This document shows, piece after piece, positions 8,104 to 16,888 of a DNA stretch of 24,813 bases. The stretch comes from a virus. Lineage: Duplodnaviria > Caudoviricetes. How positions within the stretch are numbered: position 1 is the first letter of the stretch; every line of letters begins with the position of its first letter. The notes beneath the pieces were generated by a model, which had not been told where the DNA came from, searched no databases, and saw only the letters and a list, made by a program, of their open reading frames with translations. Location: the IMG/VR virus record IMGVR_UViG_3300017766_000902, positions 1 through 24,813 of that record, one strand, 5' to 3'. Made by a program: the position numbers and the translations under genes.

Positions 8104-8300
8104 GCTGCTGCCCCACTACGCATCTGGCGGTGCATCCGGCTGGCGGTGCCGTAGGTGGCGACCAGCTCGGGAAACGCATCCAGCAGGCGGCGCTTGTTGC
8201 CGGGGTCAGCCTTGAGGCCAGCGTGCGCTAGCGCTTGGAAGAAACCACCGCCGTGCTGGTAGGCGGTGGCAAATGTCCAGTAGATGTCTGATTCAGTCAT
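8100..8300 (-). CDS. hypothetical protein
   Basis: MTESDIYWTFATAYQHGGGFFQALA.A...ADPGN..RLLDAFPEL. Confidence 0.7.
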   Translation of the reverse strand: MTESDIYWTFATAYQHGGGFFQALAHAGLKADPGNKRRLLDAFPELVATYGTASRMHRQMRSGAAA

Positions 8301-8463
8301 TGTTGGTAATAGCGTCACTAATGTTGACGCCAGCATCTTCTACGTGAATACAAATACTGGAAAGCTGTTTTTCAATGCGCTCAAGACTATTTGCGATGAG
8401 TTGCATTTGATCGGCAAATAAAACAATGGCTTTAATTAGATCAATGCTGTGTTTTTCAGTCAT
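8293..8463 (-). CDS. AT-rich small hypothetical protein (56 aa)
   Basis: Manual translation MTEKHSIDLIKAIVLFADQMQLIANSLERIEKQLSSICIHVEDAGVNISDAITNND*. Confidence 0.5.
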   Translation of the reverse strand: MTEKHSIDLIKAIVLFADQMQLIANSLERIEKQLSSICIHVEDAGVNISDAITNND

Positions 8464-8585
8464 GGCTTGAGCTGCTCTTGGCAGGCGTGATGGCTGTAGG
8501 CGGGCTGCTGGCGGCCGGTGTCATAGGCCATTGCCCAGACACCGAAGATGATTGCCAGCACGGCAAAGCGGTTCAGGTTGTTCAT
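8460..8585 (-). CDS. small membrane protein (41 aa)
   Basis: MNNLNRFAVLAIIFGVWAMAYDTGRQQPAYSHHACQEQLKP*; ATGA overlaps at both ends. Confidence 0.55.
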   Translation of the reverse strand: MNNLNRFAVLAIIFGVWAMAYDTGRQQPAYSHHACQEQLKP

Positions 8586-8776
8586 GCCATCAGCGCCTTG
8601 CGGACGCGATAGGTGGACAGGTTGAGGCGGTCGGCAATGCGCTTCTGGCTCAGTCCAGTGCGGCGCAGTACGCGGATGCGGCGGTCGTCAGAGGCGGTGA
8701 GCCAGTCGATCACGGCGACTACTACCAGCAGCGGCAGCAGCAGTTTCCAGATGATCAGCAGTGCGGTTGTGAGCAT
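8582..8776 (-). CDS. membrane-anchored HTH protein
   Basis: Hydrophobic N-terminus followed by RRTGLSQKRIADRLNLSTYRVRKAL. Confidence 0.7.
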   Translation of the reverse strand: MLTTALLIIWKLLLPLLVVVAVIDWLTASDDRRIRVLRRTGLSQKRIADRLNLSTYRVRKALMA

Positions 8777-8835
8777 GGTTGGGGTCGCAGTGTGTGGTTG
8801 CCGGATTGGGAGCGGCTCCGGCGGGCCGCGTGGGC

Positions 8836-8994
8836 TCAGTCGTCGAGCAGAGTCTGGTCAAACCACCAGCAGGTTTTGAGGAAGGCGTTGGTGCGGGCCT
8901 CCTCCGCAGCGCGCTCAGCGCGGTCACGCTCGCGGAGGCGGATTGCGCGAGCCAGCTGCTCGGCTTCGGTGAGGCGGGGTTGTTTCTTGGTCAT
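8836..8994 (-). CDS. small hypothetical protein
   Basis: MTKKQPRLTEAEQLARAIRLRERD...; directly downstream of promoter at 9039-9066. Confidence 0.55.
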   Translation of the reverse strand: MTKKQPRLTEAEQLARAIRLRERDRAERAAEEARTNAFLKTCWWFDQTLLDD

Positions 8995-9038
8995 GGTTCT
9001 CGGGGTGGGGTGCAGGACTGGTTGCCTGCTGTCCCCAT

Positions 9039-9066
9039 ATCCTACACCATGTGCAGCCGTGGTCAA
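9039..9066 (-). promoter_or_regulatory. leftward sigma70-type promoter (TTGACC-16-TAGGAT)
   Basis: Near-identical second copy at 9529-9556. Confidence 0.6.
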
Positions 9067-9072
9067 CCCTGC

Positions 9073-9387
9073 CTAGTAACGAATCGACACAGTTGCGGTG
9101 CCATCTAGCGGCACGCCTAGGCGGTAGGCGGCGCCGGCGCTGAGATCCAGCGACCCGCAGTCGCAGCGATCAGTGACTGGCACGGTCAGCAGGCGCCCGC
9201 GGTGTTGCACCGTGACGCGCGTGCCGCATGGCAACCATGGATGGGCGGCCGACACATCCCAGTGCCGGTAGGTGCCACCGCAGTACGTGGTGCGCCCGTG
9301 GTACCAGCCGTCGTAGACGGTGGCAGTCACCTGCCGGGCTTGAGCAGGCGACAGCAGCAGGATTGCTGCAGTAATCAGTGCACGCAT
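9073..9387 (-). CDS. RlpA-like double-psi beta-barrel secreted protein
   Basis: Signal peptide; ATVY..WYHGRTT.CG, SAAHPWLPCGTRVTV, V.VTDR, LDLSAGAA..LG. Confidence 0.82.
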   Translation of the reverse strand: MRALITAAILLLSPAQARQVTATVYDGWYHGRTTYCGGTYRHWDVSAAHPWLPCGTRVTVQHRGRLLTVPVTDRCDCGSLDLSAGAAYRLGVPLDGTATVSIRY

Positions 9388-9526
9388 GATGCTTGAGGTG
9401 ATTGGTGTGCCGGGCCAACCGGCGGTGCGGGCTTATTCAGGCCCTGTTGCGCTCGGGTTTAACGGCCTCGTGTGCGCTGTTCGGCCGGCGGTTGAGTTTT
9501 GCGAGTGGGCCGCTCCCCTCGTGACG

Positions 9527-9886
9527 TCATCCTACACCATCGGCAACCGTGAGCAACCGCTCCGCATCGCTGACCGATCGCGCCACGCCGGCAATGCCAC
9601 CAGCCGCCTGGACCGCATCTAGCCACTGCTGCTGCTCAGGGCGCAGCCTGCCGGTTGCGGTTTTGACCTCTATGGATAGGAATACCGCCACGGTGCTGCC
9701 GACCATCTCGGGCGTAATGGTGACGCGCTTCCAGCCGATCAAGTCAGCGCTGCCCTTGCACAGTCCGAACTGCACGGGGCGGCCATTGGCGTCCTTGAGC
9801 GTGCCGGTGTTATTGCGGAATAGGCGCGTGTTGCCGTTGCTGCAGGCGATGCGGATGTGCTGCTGAATCTGTTGCTCAGATGCCAT
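9527..9886 (-). CDS. VRR-NUC domain nuclease
   Basis: SEQQIQQHI, FRNNTG, GSADLIG, IEVKTATGRLRPEQQQW...AGGIAGVARSVSDA; start MASEQQ at 9886. Confidence 0.88.
   Translation of the reverse strand: MASEQQIQQHIRIACSNGNTRLFRNNTGTLKDANGRPVQFGLCKGSADLIGWKRVTITPEMVGSTVAVFLSIEVKTATGRLRPEQQQWLDAVQAAGGIAGVARSVSDAERLLTVADGVG
9529..9556 (-). promoter_or_regulatory. leftward sigma70-type promoter (TTGCTC-16-TAGGAT)
   Basis: Shares GGTTG..CACGG.TGC..ATGGTGTAGGAT with 9039-9068. Confidence 0.55.
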
Positions 9887-11444
9887 GCCTCTTAGCCAGT
9901 CGCGCCTGGTAGACACGTTCCGCCCATCCTCGCTTGTAGCCGCGTTGCTGCGCTAGCTGGCGTAGGTCGTCGAGGGATTGGGCGCTGCCTTGTTGGCGTT
10001 TTACTCCTTGGCTGTCCGGTCTAACGCGTGATCTGTCGACATCCATTTTATCTCCAGGTCCAATCAATCCAGCCTGGGTAGCTTCTACGGTAATAGTTTT
10101 TTCTACCCATTGACCATTAACTTTTTCAGCGGAATATCTACATACCTCGAATCCACTCATCCACCCGTAGTCTGAACCAAAATAAACTTCTACGGGGCTT
10201 CGATATCTAAGCCACGATTGATCCAGAGATTTTACCTCCACCAACTCCCCATCAACCTGCTGCAGCTCGCGGCGTTCCTGCGGTGCAAACACATGACCGC
10301 ATTCGCGGCATACCTGCACCGCACTGGCACTAGTGGCGAAGCACTGCGGGCACACCTTGACCGATGGCGCCTGCTCGCGGTCGCGTTTTTTGATGCCATC
10401 CAGGGTCCAATCTCGTGGTTCTAAGTGGTGTCCCATCCTGAGCGTGTTGCCGACGTGATCGAGCACTACGGCGCGCTTGCCGGGTTGCGGGCGCAAGCAT
10501 CGGCCGATCATCTGCAGGTGCAGCGCCACTGATGCTGTTGGCCGCAGCAGGATGCAGCCGCCGACGCTTGGCACGTCCACGCCCTCGCCGATCAACGCGC
10601 AACTGGTCAGCACCTTGATGCGACCTATCGCTAAATCAGCCAATAGCTGCCTTCTATTGGCTGCATCCATGCTGCCGTCGATACTGGCCGCGGCGATGCC
10701 TGCTGACTGGAAGAGTGCTGCCACTGCCTCCGCGTGCGCCACAGAGCAGCAGAACGCAATCGCGGTTTGGCCTGGCAGGTGCTTGCGGTAGTGACCAAGG
10801 CAATCACCCATGATCGTGCCGACGCGCTGCTCAGCCTCCTTGGGGTCGAAGTCACCCATGCGCTTGCGCAGGCCGGTGCTATCGAAGCCAGGCGGTGCCA
10901 GCACCTTGGCAGCAGCAAGGAATCCATCATCCGTCAACTGCTGCGCTGTTGGACCTTCCACCATGCACTGATAGTGCTCGCCTAGGCCGCGGCCATCCGA
11001 GCGGATCGGTGTTGCCGTCACACCCAGCAACTTGGCGGCTGCAAAGTGCTGAACCGTCTTGGCCCATGTGCCAGCCGTGGTGTGGTGCGCCTCATCGACC
11101 ACTAGAAGCTGGAAGAAATCACGCGGTAGCAGGTGCAGCCGGCGGGCAACGGTTTGCACGCTGGCAATCTGCACGGCATGACTGAGATCCATGCTGCGGC
11201 CAGCGCTGATGCGGCCATGCGGCATTGGCATAACGCGGCTGGCCTGATCCAGCAGCTCTTGCCGGTGCACCAGCACCAGCACGCGGTTGCCCTTGATGCT
11301 GGCCTGCTCTGCGATGTAGCTAAAGCACACCGTCTTGCCGCCACCAGTCGGCAGCACTGCTAGGACTGACTTATGCCCTAGCTGGTACTGCAGTCGGATG
11401 TCGTTGATTAGTTGCTGTTGGTAGGGGCGTAAGTTCATAATCAA
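9876..11444 (-). CDS. superfamily 2 DEAD/DEAH helicase with C-terminal Zn finger (RadD-like)
   Basis: LRPYQ, LPTGGGKT, VDEAHH, TATP, EGVDVP, QMIGRCLR, CPQC..CREC. Confidence 0.92.
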   Translation of the reverse strand: MIMNLRPYQQQLINDIRLQYQLGHKSVLAVLPTGGGKTVCFSYIAEQASIKGNRVLVLVHRQELLDQASRVMPMPHGRISAGRSMDLSHAVQIASVQTVARRLHLLPRDFFQLLVVDEAHHTTAGTWAKTVQHFAAAKLLGVTATPIRSDGRGLGEHYQCMVEGPTAQQLTDDGFLAAAKVLAPPGFDSTGLRKRMGDFDPKEAEQRVGTIMGDCLGHYRKHLPGQTAIAFCCSVAHAEAVAALFQSAGIAAASIDGSMDAANRRQLLADLAIGRIKVLTSCALIGEGVDVPSVGGCILLRPTASVALHLQMIGRCLRPQPGKRAVVLDHVGNTLRMGHHLEPRDWTLDGIKKRDREQAPSVKVCPQCFATSASAVQVCRECGHVFAPQERRELQQVDGELVEVKSLDQSWLRYRSPVEVYFGSDYGWMSGFEVCRYSAEKVNGQWVEKTITVEATQAGLIGPGDKMDVDRSRVRPDSQGVKRQQGSAQSLDDLRQLAQQRGYKRGWAERVYQARLAKRHGI

Positions 11445-12403
11445 AACTGATCAAGGTCGATCAGCGTCGGCTGGTCTTGCTGCCTGGTTTGCTCTACAGC
11501 AATCTCCATGTTCTTAATGGCTTGCTTGTAATAGCTCTCCTTCAGCTCAATACCAATCCCACGACGCCCAAGCTGAACAGCGCCATAAACTTCACTGCCG
11601 ACACCCATGAATGGTGTCAGCACTGTCTCTCCTGGGTTGGTCCGCAAGCAAACCGCGCGATCAATTACGTCAAGCTGCAGCGGATGCACATGCTTTTCGT
11701 CGTCTGGATCTTTGCAGTCACGAAATGGCAGCACCCGACCCATGTTGATGTCATCCCAGATGGATGACGCATACCGACGCCAGATCCAATGGCTAAACCT
11801 ATTCTCGGTTTGCTTGCCTTTCCAGTTGCGGTACTGTTGTAAATCTGCTGGGATCGGGCACTCGCCGGCGTAGTGATCCAATCCAGTTGGATTTGCAATC
11901 GGTATCTTATTTGCGCCACTGCGACGGAATACCAGTAGGTAGTCAGCAGATGCGACGCCTGCATAGGCTGCATCGTCAACGATGGTCTTATGCGCCAAGT
12001 TCTTGACCATGGTGCGGTTGCGAACCCATAGCGGCTCTTTCCAGATCGTGTGGCGCGCCACATAGTGCCAGCCGCATTGTTCATGGAGCGCGATGATTTT
12101 GCCAGGCAGGTCCAGCAGTGAGTCCTGGCCGCTATTTCCGCTTGGAATGTCAGTGCAATGCACAGCCGTCAACCGACCTGGCAAGGTCAGCCGATGTAGG
12201 TCGCGGACCACATAGCCGTAGTGATCCATAAACTGATCGTAGTCTCGACAGTTGCTGATGTCACGCTCGTTTGAGCTGTAGACATACAGGCCCGCAAATG
12301 GTGGCGAGTATACAGAGAAATGGATTGATTCAGATGGCAATCCTTGCATCACTTCAATGCAGTCGCCGTTGTAAATGGCGTAACGGTCGGTAATCACAGC
12401 CAT
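11441..12403 (-). CDS. DNA methyltransferase (N4-C/N6-A, beta class)
   Basis: GDCIEVM, SPPF catalytic motif, HVHPLQ, VLTPFMGVGS SAM-binding motif, GIGIEL. Confidence 0.9.
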   Translation of the reverse strand: MAVITDRYAIYNGDCIEVMQGLPSESIHFSVYSPPFAGLYVYSSNERDISNCRDYDQFMDHYGYVVRDLHRLTLPGRLTAVHCTDIPSGNSGQDSLLDLPGKIIALHEQCGWHYVARHTIWKEPLWVRNRTMVKNLAHKTIVDDAAYAGVASADYLLVFRRSGANKIPIANPTGLDHYAGECPIPADLQQYRNWKGKQTENRFSHWIWRRYASSIWDDINMGRVLPFRDCKDPDDEKHVHPLQLDVIDRAVCLRTNPGETVLTPFMGVGSEVYGAVQLGRRGIGIELKESYYKQAIKNMEIAVEQTRQQDQPTLIDLDQF

Positions 12404-13758
12404 GATGGAACCTCAATAGGAGTGGCGTTGTATTCTTTGCGCTGGATGTCCAGCGAGTGATTCATTTCGGCAACTAAGTTGCCAAACATTTGCTCAGCCT
12501 GCAACCGCTTGCGGTGTAGGTTCTCCATGATCCGCCGCTCTCCTTCGGTGAGGATGATGTCAACGGTCACAGGATTTTTCTGTCCAAACCGCCAGCAGCG
12601 CCTAACAGATTGGTAGTACTGCTCAAAGCTATGGGACGGGAAATAAGTCACATGGCTGCAGATTTGAAAATTCAATCCCCATGCGCCGATCTTTGGCTTG
12701 GTGACCAGCACCCGCGCTCGACCCTCAGCAAAATCAATCAACCGCCGCTCTTTCGTATCGTCCTTGTCTTTGCCAGATACCTGAATAGCGCCCGGTATCA
12801 GTCGCTCAAGCAAATCGCCCTCCTCGTTGAGGTGGCACCACACCAGGGCACTTTGGCCGGTGCTGGCAACCATACTGGCAACCTGCTCGCACCGTTCGAT
12901 GACCGTGCGCTTCTTCTCTGCGCGTTGCTCGCGTAGGTCAGTTGCAGGGATCGCAAACAGCATCCCATCAGGTACTGTCTGCGTCTCTATCAGGTGATCG
13001 CGCTCATGCAATGCCGGCAGCACAAACCGGCCGTCATCAAAGCCAAGGTCTGATGGTTTGCGGCAAGCTCTAGCCCAGCTTGTCACCCATCGCCAGAACG
13101 GTATTTCGGCATGGCCCTTAAACCTCCACTTGGGCGTCTCGCCGTACATGCGCCGACTGGTCAGGTTGTTTTGGTCGTTCTTGAAGAACCGAGCCAGCAT
13201 GTCCATATGACCCATGTAGCCAAGGGCTTCAGAGCTGGTGCCTAGCTCTATGAAGTCGTTAGGCGCAGCAGTGGCGGTGGCTAGCAACCGATAGGGAACC
13301 TTGCGCATGAAATCGGTGATCTCATTGCGGCGGGCGCCATCAAAGCTCTTAAGGATGCTGCTCTCATCGCACACCACCCCGGCAAAGTCTGCTGGCTTGA
13401 AATGCTCAAGTCGCTCGTAATTGGTAATCACAATGCGGCCCGACACGGTGCCATCGCTGCTGCGGCGACACTCGATGCCGAACTTTTCACCCTCGCGGAT
13501 GGTCTGCGCAGCAACAGCCAACGGCGTCAAGATCAGCACCGGCTTACCAGTGTGGCGCGCCACGTTCTCAGCCCATGTGAGCTGCATAGCGGTTTTGCCT
13601 AGCCCGCAGTCGGCGAAGATCGCAGCGCGACCCTTGCGCACAGCCCAATCAACCAGCGACTGCTGAAAGTCAAACAACTGATCCGGCATGAACACCGGGT
13701 CAAACCCGTGGGTCGCACCCTCGTGTGTCTTTTGGTCTAGGAAATCTTTGTAGGTCAT
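12394..13758 (-). CDS. SNF2-related helicase-like protein
   Basis: LFDFQ, ADCGLGKT, CDESS, ATATAAPND, GLNFQ, QSVRRCWRFGQ; start MTYKDF at 13758. Confidence 0.85.
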   Translation of the reverse strand: MTYKDFLDQKTHEGATHGFDPVFMPDQLFDFQQSLVDWAVRKGRAAIFADCGLGKTAMQLTWAENVARHTGKPVLILTPLAVAAQTIREGEKFGIECRRSSDGTVSGRIVITNYERLEHFKPADFAGVVCDESSILKSFDGARRNEITDFMRKVPYRLLATATAAPNDFIELGTSSEALGYMGHMDMLARFFKNDQNNLTSRRMYGETPKWRFKGHAEIPFWRWVTSWARACRKPSDLGFDDGRFVLPALHERDHLIETQTVPDGMLFAIPATDLREQRAEKKRTVIERCEQVASMVASTGQSALVWCHLNEEGDLLERLIPGAIQVSGKDKDDTKERRLIDFAEGRARVLVTKPKIGAWGLNFQICSHVTYFPSHSFEQYYQSVRRCWRFGQKNPVTVDIILTEGERRIMENLHRKRLQAEQMFGNLVAEMNHSLDIQRKEYNATPIEVPSWL

Positions 13759-13928
13759 TCGTTGGGTTGAGTCAGCCGCTTGTGCTGCAACAATGCTTGA
13801 AAGTCTGTTGGCTTTGAGATCCACATGTGCCCATGCGTAGGACAACGAATCTCGCCGTGATGCTGGGTGTCAAGTCGAAGCCTGAACGGTGATTCTTGCC
13901 CGCATTTGGGGCAAGGCATGGTCTCCAT
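13755..13928 (-). CDS. small Zn-finger protein
   Basis: METMPCPKCG...HHGEIRCPTHGH; first gene after promoter 13957-13985. Confidence 0.6.
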   Translation of the reverse strand: METMPCPKCGQESPFRLRLDTQHHGEIRCPTHGHMWISKPTDFQALLQHKRLTQPNE

Positions 13929-13956
13929 AGGCGCGAATGCCGTGAAGTGCCCTGTA

Positions 13957-13985
13957 ACCATAGCGGATCCCGCTAAGCTTGGCAA
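13957..13985 (-). promoter_or_regulatory. divergent control region: leftward TTGCCA-17-TATGGT promoter with palindrome TAGCGG-ATC-CCGCTA (13961-13975)
   Basis: Lies where transcription diverges between the two arms. Confidence 0.55.
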
Positions 13986-14001
13986 GCCTTCAGCCAAGAC
14001 C

Positions 14002-14268
14002 GTGCATCCCATCTCAGTTTTGTTCGCGCCGCAGCAGGTGCAGTGGCTGGATCGGCAGCGGACTGCTGGTCTGTCCCGCAGCGCCGTGATCCGCCTTGTG
14101 GTTGAAGAAGCCATGCGCCGCGCCAAGGAGTCCAAGTGTGCCTGCAGCAAGAATTGGCCCGCCTGCCCGACGACTGGGGTTATGTCGCCGTGGATGGGCA
14201 AAAGCGCCCGTATCAGCCGGCGTGGCAAGACAACCCACTTAATAAGGATGCGCTGCTGGCCGAACTGA
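14002..14268 (+). CDS. ribbon-helix-helix (CopG/Arc-like) regulator; core probably ends near 14139
   Basis: GTG start, HPISVLFAPQQVQWLDRQRTAGLSRSAVIRLVVEEAM. Confidence 0.65.
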   Translation: MHPISVLFAPQQVQWLDRQRTAGLSRSAVIRLVVEEAMRRAKESKCACSKNWPACPTTGVMSPWMGKSARISRRGKTTHLIRMRCWPN

Positions 14269-16202
14269 GCAGCGGTCGCGCACGTGCCATTGGCGTGTGC
14301 TGCGGCGTGCCGTCCGGTGGTCTGTTGTTTTTGGACCACGATGGCAAGTCAGCCAGCACGCTCTTGGCCGAGTGGGATCTGCCGCTGTCATCCCTGCCGC
14401 GCAGCTGGGTGGTCAAATCAGGCCGCGATGGCCGGATGCAAATCATCTACCACGTGCCTGAGCAGTACTGGGATGCGATCGCCACGCGCAAATACAAGAC
14501 CGGCGTTATTGATGACGACGGCAAGGCCGAGCAAGTAGAGCTGCGCTGGAACGGCTGCCAGTCCGTCGTAGCCGGGGCACACCCACAAACCACCGGCTAC
14601 TACTGGGTGCCAGGCCATGGGCCAGGTGACCGCGACATAGCAGAAGCGCCGCTTGGATTGATTGAGCGGATGCTCAGACCGCAGCCGCAGCCGATGCGCG
14701 CCGAGCTAGTCCAGCTGCCTGACCCGCAAGGCGATGCAGATCGCGCGCGGTCATACCTCGCCGCATTGGATGCCAACCGCGCTGATGACTACGACGACTG
14801 GCTTGCGGTTGGCATGTCGCTTCACAGCGTCGGCGATGACAGCCTGCTCGATCAATGGGAACAGTGGTCGGCGCAGTCCGCTAAGCACAAACCCAGCGAC
14901 TGCCAACGCAAATGGCGGAGCTTTAAGAAATCCGGCATCACGCTCGGCACCCTTGGCGACATGGCCAAGAAAGACGGATGGCGTAGCGCCAGCCCGGTAC
15001 GGCGTGAGCCTGGTGGTCGCACTGCTGATCCCGAGCCGCAGTCTGGCGGTCGTGCGCCAGTAGGCGGCAGCCCGCAAAAGCTAGAGGCTGCTGAGCTGCT
15101 GGAGTACCTGCGTCGCAATGCCGGTGACATCAGGCTCAACATCTTTACCCAGCAGATCGAGGTCGATAACCAAGTGATCGAAGGCGTCGACCGCTATTAC
15201 CTCAAGCTGGCAGAGCAGGGCTACAAGGTCGGCAAAGAGCTTGCCATCGACTGCTTGGTCCAAGTGGCAAGCGAAAAGCCATATGACCCGGTGCGCCTTT
15301 ACCTAGAACACTGCGCCGACCACGTTGCGCCGACCTACATCGACAGGCTGGCCACCGCTTACCTGCGGCCGTGCGATGCCGCGCTGCCAGAGCCGACCAT
15401 CTATGACGAGATGCTCAAGCGCACGCTGATCGGTGCTGTAGCGCGTGCCTTCAACCCTGGCTGCAAACATGACACCGCCTGCGTATTGATGGGCGATCAA
15501 GGCGCCTACAAGTCCAGCTTCTGGGGCTGCCTAGGTGGTCCGTTCTTCTCAGATGCGTTAGGCGACATCAGCACAAAAGACGACGTGATGGTGCTTCATC
15601 GGTCGTGGATGATGGAGTGGGCGGAGCTTGACCACATCACAGGTAGGCGTCATGCCGGACAGGTAAAAGCCTTTCTTTCGCAGGCTATTGATCTAATGCG
15701 CGTGCCTTATGGCAAGGAAGTTGAGTCATTCCCAAGGCGTGGCATCATCGTTGGCACAACTAACAAAACCACTGGGTTTCTAGTGGATGAAACTGGCAAC
15801 CGCCGCTTCTGGGTGATCCCGACCACTAAGACGCAGCAGGACCAGATTGATACCGCTTCACTGATGCTTGAACGCGATGCGATTTGGTCCGCTGTTGTAC
15901 ATGCCTACAGGGCAGGTGAGACCAACCGGCTACCCGTTGAGATGGAAGTCAAGGTGACCGAAGAGAACGATAACTACGTGATTGACTCGCCATGGCATAG
16001 TGCCATTGAGGAATACCTTGCCCGCAGGCGCTCTAGTGATGTGCTCACGATTGAGGACGTTCTTACTCACGGAATCAAAAAACCACTCGAGCGGCAGAAC
16101 CGCTCGGATCAGATGCAGGTGGCTGCGATTCTCAAGGATCTCGGGTTGGTCCGCAAACGAGAGGCGACAGGCAAGAGACGCTGGCACTACGCCCCGTCCT
16201 AA
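14136..16202 (+). CDS. primase-helicase: Prim-Pol N-terminal domain, PriCT-2 domain, VirE/VapE-like P-loop ATPase
   Basis: LLFLDHDG, QSVVAGAHP, DYDDWLAVGMSLH..W..WS..S.KH, GDQGAYKSS, EWAELD, DETGNRRFW. Confidence 0.9.
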   Translation: MCLQQELARLPDDWGYVAVDGQKRPYQPAWQDNPLNKDALLAELSSGRARAIGVCCGVPSGGLLFLDHDGKSASTLLAEWDLPLSSLPRSWVVKSGRDGRMQIIYHVPEQYWDAIATRKYKTGVIDDDGKAEQVELRWNGCQSVVAGAHPQTTGYYWVPGHGPGDRDIAEAPLGLIERMLRPQPQPMRAELVQLPDPQGDADRARSYLAALDANRADDYDDWLAVGMSLHSVGDDSLLDQWEQWSAQSAKHKPSDCQRKWRSFKKSGITLGTLGDMAKKDGWRSASPVRREPGGRTADPEPQSGGRAPVGGSPQKLEAAELLEYLRRNAGDIRLNIFTQQIEVDNQVIEGVDRYYLKLAEQGYKVGKELAIDCLVQVASEKPYDPVRLYLEHCADHVAPTYIDRLATAYLRPCDAALPEPTIYDEMLKRTLIGAVARAFNPGCKHDTACVLMGDQGAYKSSFWGCLGGPFFSDALGDISTKDDVMVLHRSWMMEWAELDHITGRRHAGQVKAFLSQAIDLMRVPYGKEVESFPRRGIIVGTTNKTTGFLVDETGNRRFWVIPTTKTQQDQIDTASLMLERDAIWSAVVHAYRAGETNRLPVEMEVKVTEENDNYVIDSPWHSAIEEYLARRRSSDVLTIEDVLTHGIKKPLERQNRSDQMQVAAILKDLGLVRKREATGKRRWHYAPS

Positions 16203-16414
16203 GTGGGTGCGGACGGCGAGATCCATTGCGGTGACTGGGTTTTGAGCCGTCCTATCCCCGTCTGGTCCTACATAGGGTTTAAGAGTTTCCTAATCCCCCT
16301 CCCCCTCCCCCTCTTTATCCCATTTTATTAAGAGGTTAGGACGGTAGGACGGTAGGACAAGCCCAGTGGCCGCAAGGCGTCTCACCGTCCGAACCCCGCA
16401 AACTGCGTTAGGAC
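16196..16414. repeat. long imperfect inverted repeat with TAGGAC(GG) iterons; candidate replication origin
   Basis: 16196-16254 versus reverse complement of 16345-16414; TAGGACGG/TAGGACA at 16337, 16345, 16353; C-tract and AT patch in the middle. Confidence 0.6.
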
Positions 16415-16455
16415 GCCGCTTTTTGCCTATGCTCCGCCTCGATTGGAACCACTGA

Positions 16456-16737
16456 ATGCCCGAAATCAAGATCAATGTCACCGCTGACGACCTGGCGCGG
16501 TTGAACGCTGAAGCAGCAGCGCATGGGATGCCGCGTGCGCATCTGATCCGGCAGCGTGCTTTGAGTGGTGGGGTTGTTGCAGGATTGACCACGGCGGCTT
16601 ACCATGCTCTGGTGGCGGACGCCTGCGCATTCATGCGTGGTGATCTGAACCGCCGACACGTTGAAACCCTCGTCGCATATGTCATCGCTCATTCACATTC
16701 CAGCCAAGCAGCAACCGGTGATCAATCGGCTGCATGA
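16456..16737 (+). CDS. RHH-like DNA-binding protein
   Basis: MPEIKINVTADDLARLNAEAAAHGMPRAHLIRQRAL. Confidence 0.7.
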   Translation: MPEIKINVTADDLARLNAEAAAHGMPRAHLIRQRALSGGVVAGLTTAAYHALVADACAFMRGDLNRRHVETLVAYVIAHSHSSQAATGDQSAA

Positions 16738-16888
16738 GACCATGACCCAAGCAGTGGCGCATGCCGCAGCCATTGCCGACAACGCCATTGATGACGGCGT
16801 ACCGCTACCCATGGAGCTTGTGGATAGCTTCGCCGCTGATTACGAACGCATCATCACCAGCCTCGTCACTGCCGCCACCGTCAAATGA
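16718..16888 (+). CDS. small hypothetical protein
   Basis: ORF coupled by ATGA to dnaN; start uncertain (16661 or 16718). Confidence 0.55.
   Translation: MINRLHETMTQAVAHAAAIADNAIDDGVPLPMELVDSFAADYERIITSLVTAATVK

Noticed and set aside
10003-10232. Intein in helicase
   Set aside because: No C/S start or HN-C/S/T end motifs, and too short
14943-14981. Guide 3 versus primase LGTLGDMAKKDGW
   Set aside because: Only the first four codons are compatible; likely chance
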